Positions 19,489 through 28,279 of a DNA stretch of 64,000 bases are shown piece by piece. A program made the position numbers and the translations under genes. Within the stretch, counting starts at the first letter, position 1. Each line of letters starts with the position of its first letter. Source of the DNA: Thermodesulfobacteriota bacterium (GTDB taxonomy: Bacteria; Desulfobacterota; Desulfobacteria; Desulfobacterales; SURF-7); NCBI GenBank assembly GCA_049320885.1, contig JBMORA010000031.1, positions 58,245 through 122,244 of the forward strand, given 5' to 3'. The notes beneath the pieces are model-generated. The model saw only the letters and a program-made list of their open reading frames with translations, was not told where the DNA came from and did no database searches.

Positions 19489-21426
19489 ATGAAATCCCAG
19501 CCGCATCGCTCCCTATTCATTATAATGTGTCTCATGGCTGCCGCTTTTGCGGTGTACCAGCCGGTCCGCAACCATCCCTTTATCGAACTGGACGACAATA
19601 TCTATGTCACCGCGAATTACCATGTCCGATCCGGCATCACCTGGGAAGGCATCAAAGAGGCTTTCCGTTTTACCGGAACCGGGGAACAGGTGTATTATCA
19701 TCCCTTAACCATGCTGTCCCACATGCTGGATGTCGAATTGTTCGGTTTGAACCCCTCCTCCCATCATCTGGTAAATGTAGCCTTCCATGCACTCAATGCG
19801 ATACTGCTTTTCTTGTTCCTGCATTTTTCCACCGGATCGACATATCGAAGCGGTATGGCGGCGATGTTGTTCACCCTGCATCCGATGAATGTTGAGTCCG
19901 TCGCCTGGATAGCGGAACGGAAAAACCTGCTTAGTTCCATGTTCTGGTTGCTTGCCTGCCTTGCCTACGCCCGGTATTCCCGCAAACGGGACGTGTTTTC
20001 CTATGCCGCCACGCTGGTGACAATGTTTCTTGGCCTACTATCCAAGCCCATGCTGGTGACCCTGCCGTTCGTCTTTCTGCTTCTGGATTTCTGGCCGCTT
20101 GGAAGGATCAGGTTGAAAAATGGCAGCCCGCAGGCACCGGTCTTTGTTCTATTGCTGGTTGAAAAAATCCCATTTTTCTCTTTGTCGGCCGTATGGGTGT
20201 GGATTGCCTCTCTTTCCGCCAAGCAGGCGGGGTTATTGATTTCAACCCATGCGGCGCCCATGCCTGTGCGCCTGCAGAACGCCATTCACTCCTATTGGAG
20301 TTATCTAAGCAAACTCATCTTCCCGCAGGATATGGCTGTTTTTTATCCATTCCCAGCTGAAACCGGACCGCTGGGGCAAACAGCCGTTTTCGTATTTTTC
20401 CTGCTGATCGTTACTTTCCTTGCAATTCGGTTGCGTTTATCCTCCCCCTATTTTTTTTCAGGATGGAGCTGGTTCTGCGGAACCCTGGTGCCGGTATTGG
20501 GCCTCAAGCAGCAGGGACTGTGGCCTGCCATGGCGGACCGCTGGACATATATTCCTGGTATCGGCATTTTCATCGTCCTGGTGTGGGGAGGGCACCAATT
20601 GGCCTATAGCAACATTCTGAGGCGATATCTGCTGGTCTTTTCTTCGGTCATAATCGTTCTGCTGGCAATTCTAACCCGGATGCAGCTGGGATATTGGCAA
20701 AACGATATCCGCCTTGCGGAGCATTGCCTTGCAGCAACGGAACGAAACCATGTCGCCCATCACCTCCTTGGCCTGGCATTGATAAAAAACGGACAAAAAG
20801 AGGAAGGAATCCGGCATGTCCATGAATCCGTTCGGCTGGGACCCGGTTACAATACCCCGCATATAACCCTGGGAGGTATTCTGGCGGAAACCGGATACTT
20901 GAAAAGCGCCATGGAACAGCTTTCCATTGCCCTGACCATCAACCCCAACGTCGCCATTGCCTGGAACAATCTCGGAATTGTTTATAAAAAAATGGGCGAG
21001 TTGGAGAAAGCGCTGGCGGCTTTTTCCAAGGCACTGCAATTGGATCCGTATTCCACTGATGTCTGCAACAATCTGGCGAATACATTGAAATTGAAAAACC
21101 GCTTCAGCGAAGCGGTCCAGTATTATCAAAAAGCGCTTCAGATCAACAACAACATACCAGAAATCCACAACAATATCGCCAATACCTACCTGGCGATGGA
21201 ACAGCCGGAAAAAGCCATTCAACATTACAAGAAAGCGATTCAACTTTCCCCTCGTCAACCGATCTTTTATCTCAACCTTGGCGAAATCTTGCGGAGTAAC
21301 GGAAAAAAGGAGGAGGCGATCGCCAATTACAACCAAGCCCTGCGGCTCATTCCTGACGACCCTGAGATCATCGGCCGTCTGAAGGAATTGCATGTTTCTG
21401 AGATTCCATCGAACCCGGAAAATTGA
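19489..21426 (+). CDS. TMTC-like GT-C membrane glycosyltransferase with TPR array (paralog 4)
   Basis: ELDDN, YYHPLT, HPMNVESVAWIAERKNLLS, MADRWTYIP, TPRs; start ATG 19489 or GTG 19459. Confidence 0.85.
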   Translation: MKSQPHRSLFIIMCLMAAAFAVYQPVRNHPFIELDDNIYVTANYHVRSGITWEGIKEAFRFTGTGEQVYYHPLTMLSHMLDVELFGLNPSSHHLVNVAFHALNAILLFLFLHFSTGSTYRSGMAAMLFTLHPMNVESVAWIAERKNLLSSMFWLLACLAYARYSRKRDVFSYAATLVTMFLGLLSKPMLVTLPFVFLLLDFWPLGRIRLKNGSPQAPVFVLLLVEKIPFFSLSAVWVWIASLSAKQAGLLISTHAAPMPVRLQNAIHSYWSYLSKLIFPQDMAVFYPFPAETGPLGQTAVFVFFLLIVTFLAIRLRLSSPYFFSGWSWFCGTLVPVLGLKQQGLWPAMADRWTYIPGIGIFIVLVWGGHQLAYSNILRRYLLVFSSVIIVLLAILTRMQLGYWQNDIRLAEHCLAATERNHVAHHLLGLALIKNGQKEEGIRHVHESVRLGPGYNTPHITLGGILAETGYLKSAMEQLSIALTINPNVAIAWNNLGIVYKKMGELEKALAAFSKALQLDPYSTDVCNNLANTLKLKNRFSEAVQYYQKALQINNNIPEIHNNIANTYLAMEQPEKAIQHYKKAIQLSPRQPIFYLNLGEILRSNGKKEEAIANYNQALRLIPDDPEIIGRLKELHVSEIPSNPEN

Positions 21427-21488
21427 GGGCATACCTCTAGTTCAACCCGAAACCATGAGCGTCTTTGTTTTTCAACTATCTGATATTA

Positions 21489-21577
21489 TGGTGCCTGGGA
21501 CCGGAATCGAACCGGTACAGCCACTGAGGACCGAGGGATTTTAAGTCCCTTGCGTCTACCTATTCCGCCACCCAGGC
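21489..21577 (-). tRNA. tRNA-Leu (anticodon TAA)
   Basis: Reverse complement GCCTGGGTGGCGGAATAGGTAGACGC AAGGGA-CTTAAAA-TCCCT, long variable arm, GGTTCGATTCC, ends CCA. Confidence 0.97.
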
Positions 21578-21754
21578 ATTCGGAGGTTCCAGCGGGAAAA
21601 CGGTCATCCAAACAAGGCAATCTTTTTAGCGGGAATTTGCCGGATTGTCAAGAATTCAAAGCGGTTTTCATCCGGATTCCCGGCCGGCGCTTCCCCATGG
21701 GTCCTGCATGGTTTCCAATTGTAAATCCGGACGCCATTTGATAAGAAAGCGCCC

Positions 21755-22390
21755 ATGTCCACGGCAAACCAACATCCGGCCATTATTCTGGCCTCCCAAT
21801 CCCCCCGCCGGCGGTACCTGTTGAAACAGGCCGGCCTGCAATTTTCCGTGATTCCCAGCGGAATCGACGAGAGCACCGTAGAATCCGGACCTCCGGAACA
21901 CTACGTGCGCACGCTGGCGGAAACCAAGGCCGCCGACATCGCCGACCGTTTTCCGGACAGCTGGGTCATCGGCGCCGACACCGTGGTGCTGATCAACGGT
22001 GCCGTCCTCGGCAAACCGGTCTCCCTTTCCGATGCCCGCCGCATGCTGATGCAGCTCAGCGGTCAGACCCATCAGGTGCTGACCGGTTTCGCTGTCATCT
22101 GTAAAACCAGACAGCATTTTCACAGCCAGGTGGTCAGCACCGACGTGCACTTCAAATCCCTTTCGGAAAAGGAAATCGAATGGTATATCCATACGAGGGA
22201 GCCCTTTGACAAAGCCGGCGCCTACGCCATCCAGGGGCTGGGCACATTCCTGGTCAAGGGAATCCGGGGTTCCTATACCAATGTGGTGGGCCTGCCGGTT
22301 TGCGAAGTCATCGAACACTTGATCCTGCATGGGGTCATCCGCCTGGAAGACCACCTGAACCATCCGGACGAAACAGGGGAACATTCGTGA
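21755..22390 (+). CDS. maf: Maf/YhdE nucleoside triphosphate pyrophosphatase
   Basis: ILASQSPRR, IGADTVV, LGKP, DKAGAYAIQG, GSYTNVVGLP. Confidence 0.95.
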   Translation: MSTANQHPAIILASQSPRRRYLLKQAGLQFSVIPSGIDESTVESGPPEHYVRTLAETKAADIADRFPDSWVIGADTVVLINGAVLGKPVSLSDARRMLMQLSGQTHQVLTGFAVICKTRQHFHSQVVSTDVHFKSLSEKEIEWYIHTREPFDKAGAYAIQGLGTFLVKGIRGSYTNVVGLPVCEVIEHLILHGVIRLEDHLNHPDETGEHS

Positions 22391-23070
22391 AGCGGCGCAT
22401 CGAAGCCCTCCGGCAACGGATACGGGAGGCGGCCGAACAATGCGGCCGGGACCCGGACGAAGTCCGTCTGGTGGCGGTTGCCAAGACCTGGCCGGCGGAA
22501 ACGGTCAGGCAAGCCGTGGCTGCCGGAATCGATCTGGTGGGGGAGAGCTACATCCAGGAAGCCCGCATGAAAATCGCGGAACTGGCGGACACCCCGGTTT
22601 CCTGGCATTTCATCGGCCATCTGCAATCCAACAAAGCCAAATACGCCGTCAGACTGTTCGACCTGATCCATACGGTGGATTCCGCGAAACTGGGCGCCGA
22701 ACTGGACAAGGAGGCGCAAAAAATCCATAAAATCCAGGACATCCTTTTGCAAGTCAATACCGGCATGGAAGCCTCCAAATCCGGCGTTTCCCCGAAGGAA
22801 GCCCCGGACCTGGCCAAGGCCCTTCAACGTCTCTCCAATCTGCGCCTGCGGGGACTGATGACCATTCCGCCGTTTTATGACGCTCCGGATCTGGCGGCGC
22901 CATATTTCCGGGAGCTGCGTCTGATCCGGGACCGTCTCCAAGAGGAAGGATTTCCTCCTGAAAACCTGAAGGAACTCTCCATGGGGATGAGCGGGGATTT
23001 TGAAGTCGCCATCCGGGAAGGCGCCACCTTGGTGCGCGTCGGATCGGCGCTTTTCGGTGAACGGGTATGA
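22387..23070 (+). CDS. yggS: PLP homeostasis protein YggS
   Basis: LVAVAK, GESYIQE, WHFIGHLQSNKAK, GLMTIPP, LSMGMSGDF, VRVGSALFG; GTG start overlapping maf stop. Confidence 0.95.
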   Translation: MKRRIEALRQRIREAAEQCGRDPDEVRLVAVAKTWPAETVRQAVAAGIDLVGESYIQEARMKIAELADTPVSWHFIGHLQSNKAKYAVRLFDLIHTVDSAKLGAELDKEAQKIHKIQDILLQVNTGMEASKSGVSPKEAPDLAKALQRLSNLRLRGLMTIPPFYDAPDLAAPYFRELRLIRDRLQEEGFPPENLKELSMGMSGDFEVAIREGATLVRVGSALFGERV

Positions 23071-23627
23071 AACTGCTGCTGCATACCTGCTGTGCCCCCT
23101 GCACCATCTATCCGCTGCGCGTGCTGCGGGAGTCGGGTGCGGACGTGATGGGTTTTTTCTATCCGCACAACATTCACCCTTACAGCGAATGCCTGAAACG
23201 CCGGGAGGCCCTCGCGGATTACGCGGCCAAGTCGGACCTGCGCGTGATCTTTCCGGAAGGCTATGACCTGGAGGATTTCATCCGCAAAATGGTCTTCCGG
23301 GAACAGGATCGCTGCCGCTTCTGCTACTACGAACGCCTGCGCGCCACGGCCCTGCTGGCCAGACAGGTCGGTTTCGATTCGTTTTCCAGCACGCTGCTCT
23401 ACAGCAAATTCCAACGCCACGACCTCATCCGGGAAGCCGGGGAAGCAGTAGCCGGAGAGATCGGCGTGCGTTTTCACTATCAGGACTTCCGGGAAGGCTG
23501 GAAGGAAGGCGTGCGGGTCTCCAGGGAGATCGGGATGTACCGCCAGCAGTATTGCGGCTGCATTTACAGCGAGAAAGAGCGCTATTGCCGCCCACAGAAA
23601 AAAACCGCCGCCCCGGAAGGAATCTGA
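23067..23627 (+). CDS. queH: Epoxyqueuosine reductase QueH
   Basis: LLLHTCCAPC, NIHP..E, RC..CY..RL, YRQQYCGCIYS. Confidence 0.92.
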   Translation: MKLLLHTCCAPCTIYPLRVLRESGADVMGFFYPHNIHPYSECLKRREALADYAAKSDLRVIFPEGYDLEDFIRKMVFREQDRCRFCYYERLRATALLARQVGFDSFSSTLLYSKFQRHDLIREAGEAVAGEIGVRFHYQDFREGWKEGVRVSREIGMYRQQYCGCIYSEKERYCRPQKKTAAPEGI

Positions 23628-23639
23628 AGGTCCAGAATC

Positions 23640-25481
23640 ATGTTCGGCAATATTCTCTACTTCATCATTGTCCTGCTCGTCTACGCCACCTATGAACCGG
23701 CGGAAAGCGCCGATTTCCCGCCGGTGGAAGCGGTCACGGTTTTTTTTCTAACGGCGGCCTTATTCGCCCTGATGGTGAAAGCCGCTTTCGCGCGCCTCGG
23801 AAAACAGATCCGCCAGGATGGACCCGCCGGTCAGGACCAGCGGCTGGAATCCCTCATCGCCCGGCAGTCGGTTCTCGCGCTGGTGCTGTTCGGCATCGAC
23901 ATCTACGGCCTGGAGCTCCCCCGCCATACGGCCCATCTGGCGGTTTTCAAGGCCTTCCCCACCCTGGAAGCCCTGCTTTTCCTGGCTGTCTTCGTCACCT
24001 ATCTGGTCCTGATATGGTCCGCCGCTTTCGGCTGCTATCGCCTGCTTCAGCCGGAAGCGGCTTCCCGCCGGGAATACATCCGTTCCCATCTTTCCTTTTC
24101 CATTCCGGTTCTGATTCCCTGGTTCCTGATCTCCGGGCTCACCGATATCCTCCTGCTCCTGCCGCTGGAAACCCCCGGGAAAATACTGGGATCTGCCTGG
24201 GGCCAGGCGGGATATCTTCTGGCGCTGCTGATCCTGGTGGCCCTTTTCGGACCGGTCCTGATCCAGCGGTCCTGGGGCTGTCTCCCGCTGGAGCCCGGTT
24301 TCGCCCGGCAGCGGATTGAAGCCCTCTGCCGCAAGGCCGGAGTGGGATATGCCGATATCCTGATCTGGCCCCTGTTCGGCGGGCGCATGCTCACCGCCGG
24401 TGTCATGGGACTGATCAGAAGGTTCCGTTATATTCTGGTGACCCCGGCCCTGCTCCGTTTTCTCACCCACGAGGAGATCGATGCGGTCATGGCCCATGAA
24501 ATCGGCCATGTCCGGAAAAAGCATCTGGTGTTTTATCTCCTGTTTTTCATCAGCCTGATGCCCACGGTCCTGCTTTCCTGCGCGCTCATCGGCCAGGCCC
24601 TTGTATTCCTGACGGTCTATTTTTTTTCCGTCGATCCGCTTACGGACCATCCCGGAATTCAGCTGCTGCTGCAAAATCCCACCGTCCACGCCGCCATCTT
24701 CCTGGCTGTTTTCTATATCTATTTCCGCTATGTCTTCGGGTATTTCATGCGCAATTTCGAACGCCAGGCGGACATCCATGTATTCGAACTGTTGCAAAGC
24801 CCCATCCCCCTGATCACTTCCCTGGAAAAAATCGCCCTGATCAGCGGGCAGGCGCCCGACAAACCCAACTGGCATCATTTCAGCATCCGGGAACGCATCG
24901 ATTACATCAGGAACTGCATCCTGGAGCCTGCCTGGATCCAACGCCACCACCGGAAAGTCCGGGCAGCCATGCTCCTGTATCTGGCCTGCATGCTCCTGGT
25001 GATCGGCGTCTTTCACCAGATGGAATACGGCGCCCCCGGGAAGAGAATCAACGCCTATCTGACCGAAACCGTCATCACCCGCAAACTGGAAACGAATCCG
25101 GATGATCCGGAGGCGTACCGGATGCTGGGTGATCTACGCTTCATCCTGATGAAACAATACGGGGAGGCGGTTGCGGCTTACGAAAAAGCGCTGCTGCTCG
25201 ATCCGGATGCCGCCGAAACGCTCAACAACCTTGCCTGGCTTTACGCCACCTGCGAGGATGAATCCTTCCGCAACCCGGAAAGAGCCCTTTCCCTGGCCAT
25301 CCGGGCGGCGGCGATCAACCCCTCCCCGCATATCCTGGATACCCTGGCGGAAAGCTACCATCGGAATGGAATGACACGACAGGCGGTGGAAACGGAACAG
25401 GCGGCCCTGGAAAAGCTCGGAAAGCAGGATGATCGGAGCCATTATGAGGAGCAGCTGAACAAATTCAGAAAAAGCAATTAG
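23640..25481 (+). CDS. M48 family membrane zinc metalloprotease with C-terminal TPRs
   Basis: Multiple TMs, AHEIGH zinc motif, FERQAD, H.SI.ERI, TPR (LNNLAW). Confidence 0.9.
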   Translation: MFGNILYFIIVLLVYATYEPAESADFPPVEAVTVFFLTAALFALMVKAAFARLGKQIRQDGPAGQDQRLESLIARQSVLALVLFGIDIYGLELPRHTAHLAVFKAFPTLEALLFLAVFVTYLVLIWSAAFGCYRLLQPEAASRREYIRSHLSFSIPVLIPWFLISGLTDILLLLPLETPGKILGSAWGQAGYLLALLILVALFGPVLIQRSWGCLPLEPGFARQRIEALCRKAGVGYADILIWPLFGGRMLTAGVMGLIRRFRYILVTPALLRFLTHEEIDAVMAHEIGHVRKKHLVFYLLFFISLMPTVLLSCALIGQALVFLTVYFFSVDPLTDHPGIQLLLQNPTVHAAIFLAVFYIYFRYVFGYFMRNFERQADIHVFELLQSPIPLITSLEKIALISGQAPDKPNWHHFSIRERIDYIRNCILEPAWIQRHHRKVRAAMLLYLACMLLVIGVFHQMEYGAPGKRINAYLTETVITRKLETNPDDPEAYRMLGDLRFILMKQYGEAVAAYEKALLLDPDAAETLNNLAWLYATCEDESFRNPERALSLAIRAAAINPSPHILDTLAESYHRNGMTRQAVETEQAALEKLGKQDDRSHYEEQLNKFRKSN

Positions 25482-25510
25482 GAATTACGAATTATGAATT
25501 ACGAATGTAA
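25476..25510 (+). repeat. Degenerate heptamer repeat (AATTACG-type)
   Basis: aattagg aattacg aattatg aattacg aatgtaa spanning the M48 stop codon. Confidence 0.8.
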
Positions 25511-25578
25511 GGTATTCTGTCATAGATAAAAATCTATCGATAGCCGGTTTTTGGTGTCCGTTCAACCAATCCAACCGA

Positions 25579-27885
25579 TTACTTGATACAGACCTTCCGC
25601 ACCTGCAGGAGGTCCGTGTGGCCGGCGAAAATCTTCTCGATGCCGTCCTGCTTGAGGGTGGTCATCCCTTCCTTGATGGCTTGGTCGCGGATTTCCTCCA
25701 TGGGCGCGCTGCGCTGGATCAGCCGTTTAATATCATCGGTGCCCATGAGCAACTCATGGATACCCATCCGGCCCCGGTAGCCGGTGTTGCTGCAGGCATC
25801 GCAGCCGGAGGCCTTGTACAGCATCAGGTCGTCCCCGTACTTGATTCCGAGCCTCTCGAACTCGTTCTGCCCGTATTCCCGCACCAGTTCATTGAATTCC
25901 GCCTCCTGGGGATGGTAGGCCTTCTTGCAGTTCTTGCAGAGGGTCCGCACCAGCCGCTGGGCCAGGATGGCCAGAATGGCATCGGCGAAATTGAAAGGGT
26001 CCATGCCCATATCGAGCAGACGCGTGACGCTTTCCGGGGCGCTGTTGGTGTGCAGGGTGGAAAAGACCAGGTGGCCGGTGAGGGAGGCTTCGATGCCGAT
26101 ATGGGTGGTTTCCTTGTCACGCATTTCACCCACCATGATGACATCCGGGTCGGCCCGGAGAAAGGCGCGCATGGCGGCGGCGAAATCAAACCCGATTTTG
26201 GGCTTGACCTGCACCTGCCGCAGGCCTTTCTGGGTGATTTCCACCGGATCCTCGGCCGTCCAGATTTTGGTTTCCGTGCGGTTGATATACCCGAGAGCCG
26301 AATGCAGGGTGGTGGTTTTTCCAGAACCGGTGGGCCCGCAGACAAAAACGATCCCGTACGGTTTGGTAATGGCGGACAGGAAATTCTCGTAATTCTTTTT
26401 GGCAAAACCCATCTTGTCCAGGGGCAGCGGCTCCCCGGCCGCCAGAATACGCATGACCACATCTTCCACGCCGCCCTGGGTGGGCACGGTGGCGACGCGC
26501 AGCTCGATATCCAGGCCGCCGTATTTTTTGAATTTGATCTTGCCGTCCTGGGGCAGGCGCCGCTCGGCGATATCCAGGTCGGACATGATCTTGATGCGGG
26601 AAACCACCGCCGCCTTATATTGGAAGGGGATGGTCTGGTAGAGGGTGCAGGCCCCGTCCACCCGGATGCGCACCTGGGTATTGTTCTTTCCGGGATACGG
26701 TTCGATATGAATATCGGAGGCACCCCGGGCATTGGCGTCCAGGATGATCTTGTTGACCAGCTGGACGACGGCGCTGCTCTCCTCGTCCATGGCGGAGACA
26801 TCTTCCTCGATGGCGCCTTCATCTTCCTGGAGCTGGGAGATGATCTCATCGATGGAGGCCAGTTCCTTCTCGTCCTGGGTGAACAGCTTGATGAATTCCA
26901 GGATGTCGTCCGGAAAGGCGATGGTGAATTTAATTTTCTTTCCGGGAAACAGGGATTTAATCTCACCGCTTTTCTGCAGGTCGTAGGGGTCGTCGATGGC
27001 GATCACCACCTGGCCGTCTTCGGTTTTCAGGGGGACCCAGACATTGTTCTTCATGAAGGGGACTTTCAGTCCCGCCAGGAGATCGCCAGGTATGGGATGG
27101 TTCTTGTTGAACAGAATATAGGGCACATTGTAATAACGGCTCAGGGATTCCAGAATATCCCGTTTCTGGATCTTGAATTCCGCGATCATCACCTCTTCGG
27201 GCGACATCCGCTTTTCCCGGGCCGTAAGCACGACCTTCTTCAATTCCTTCTGGGTCAGAATGTGATTTTCCAGCAGGTAATCGTATTTGTTCTTCCGTCC
27301 GCCCTTGGCCGTGGCCATGCGCTTCTGGTTGAACAGTCCGATGCCCATGGTTTCGGAGAGTTCCTTGACGTTCTTTTCATCCAGGGCGGTAAACGCCTTG
27401 TTGTCTTTGCGGTTGATCAGCTGAACGGCGCCGAGGAGCAGTTTCTTGAAAATAATCGGCACCACCAGCACCTGGCGGGTCCGGAGGCCGGTGCGGTCGT
27501 CCCAGCTGCGGTCAAAATGCAATTGCGGGTCGATGTTCCGCAGTTCCTCGTCATCATAGACATCCTTGATGTTGATCAGCTTCTGCTTGTAGGCCGCGAA
27601 ACCGACGATGCTGCTGGGAGCCAGGGGGACGCGGATTTCCTGAATTTCATCACCGGTTTTGAACCGGGAAACCAGTTCCCGCTTGATGCCGTCCACGTAA
27701 TAAATGGTCAGCCGCTCCGCTTCGAAAAGGGAAATGATTTCGCCCTGCAGATCAATGATGATTTCATCCAGATTGGAAGCCGCGAAAATCTTCTTGTTCA
27801 GGGACTGGGCTTTTTGCCGGTACTCAACTTCCGATTGGAGGTCCTGAACATCGGATGCGGGCTGATTGATTGTATTCGTCGTCAT
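25579..27885 (-). CDS. GAF-domain GspE/PulE/PilB family secretion/pilus ATPase
   Basis: N-terminal GAF (TRQVLVVPI..GAVQLINR), ASDIHIEP, ERRLPQDG, Walker A GPTGSGKTTT, RADPDVIMVGEMRD, TGHLVFSTLHTN, two CxxC pairs. Confidence 0.92.
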   Translation of the reverse strand: MTTNTINQPASDVQDLQSEVEYRQKAQSLNKKIFAASNLDEIIIDLQGEIISLFEAERLTIYYVDGIKRELVSRFKTGDEIQEIRVPLAPSSIVGFAAYKQKLINIKDVYDDEELRNIDPQLHFDRSWDDRTGLRTRQVLVVPIIFKKLLLGAVQLINRKDNKAFTALDEKNVKELSETMGIGLFNQKRMATAKGGRKNKYDYLLENHILTQKELKKVVLTAREKRMSPEEVMIAEFKIQKRDILESLSRYYNVPYILFNKNHPIPGDLLAGLKVPFMKNNVWVPLKTEDGQVVIAIDDPYDLQKSGEIKSLFPGKKIKFTIAFPDDILEFIKLFTQDEKELASIDEIISQLQEDEGAIEEDVSAMDEESSAVVQLVNKIILDANARGASDIHIEPYPGKNNTQVRIRVDGACTLYQTIPFQYKAAVVSRIKIMSDLDIAERRLPQDGKIKFKKYGGLDIELRVATVPTQGGVEDVVMRILAAGEPLPLDKMGFAKKNYENFLSAITKPYGIVFVCGPTGSGKTTTLHSALGYINRTETKIWTAEDPVEITQKGLRQVQVKPKIGFDFAAAMRAFLRADPDVIMVGEMRDKETTHIGIEASLTGHLVFSTLHTNSAPESVTRLLDMGMDPFNFADAILAILAQRLVRTLCKNCKKAYHPQEAEFNELVREYGQNEFERLGIKYGDDLMLYKASGCDACSNTGYRGRMGIHELLMGTDDIKRLIQRSAPMEEIRDQAIKEGMTTLKQDGIEKIFAGHTDLLQVRKVCIK

Positions 27886-27938
27886 GATCCTGTCCTCGAT
27901 CCCACCAACTGAGCTTGAGCGTCCTGTATCTTCTTGCG

Positions 27939-28178
27939 CTATTGTTTTTGCTGTTCATCCGGACGCCGCAGCTGGGCATACACCTTGCGCAGACCACCCA
28001 CCATGAGAATGGCGCCCATCAGATAAAAACAAAAGCGAATAACCCCGAGAACCGATGAAAAATAGTCGATCTCGGCGATGCGCGGCATGACCTGCGGGAT
28101 ACGAAAAAACACCCCCAGACCGGCCAGGGTCAGCGCAACGCCCCAGATCAGTGTCCGATTGTTTTTCTTGTCAGGCAT
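27939..28178 (-). CDS. Small two-TM membrane protein
   Basis: 79-aa ORF with two hydrophobic helices, upstream of the ATPase in same orientation. Confidence 0.65.
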   Translation of the reverse strand: MPDKKNNRTLIWGVALTLAGLGVFFRIPQVMPRIAEIDYFSSVLGVIRFCFYLMGAILMVGGLRKVYAQLRRPDEQQKQ

Positions 28179-28279
28179 AATATTCTCGCGTTGTCGGGCG
28201 GTATGCTCCATTCTCCTGCAACCGCTTTTTATCTATAGCGTTATTTACGAATCCATGTCAAATGAATCCCTCATGTTTT

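Larger units (their letters stand above)
4720..21488. mobile_element. Putative horizontally acquired glycosylation island abutting tRNA-Leu 3' end
   Basis: Visibly AT-richer than flanks, all genes on + strand, ends at tRNA CCA end, toxin remnant at left edge; no integrase or att duplication seen. Confidence 0.5.

Noticed and set aside
25618..27912. 764-aa plus-strand ORF
   Set aside because: Antisense shadow of the GAF-PilB gene; no recognisable motifs; common in GC-rich DNA
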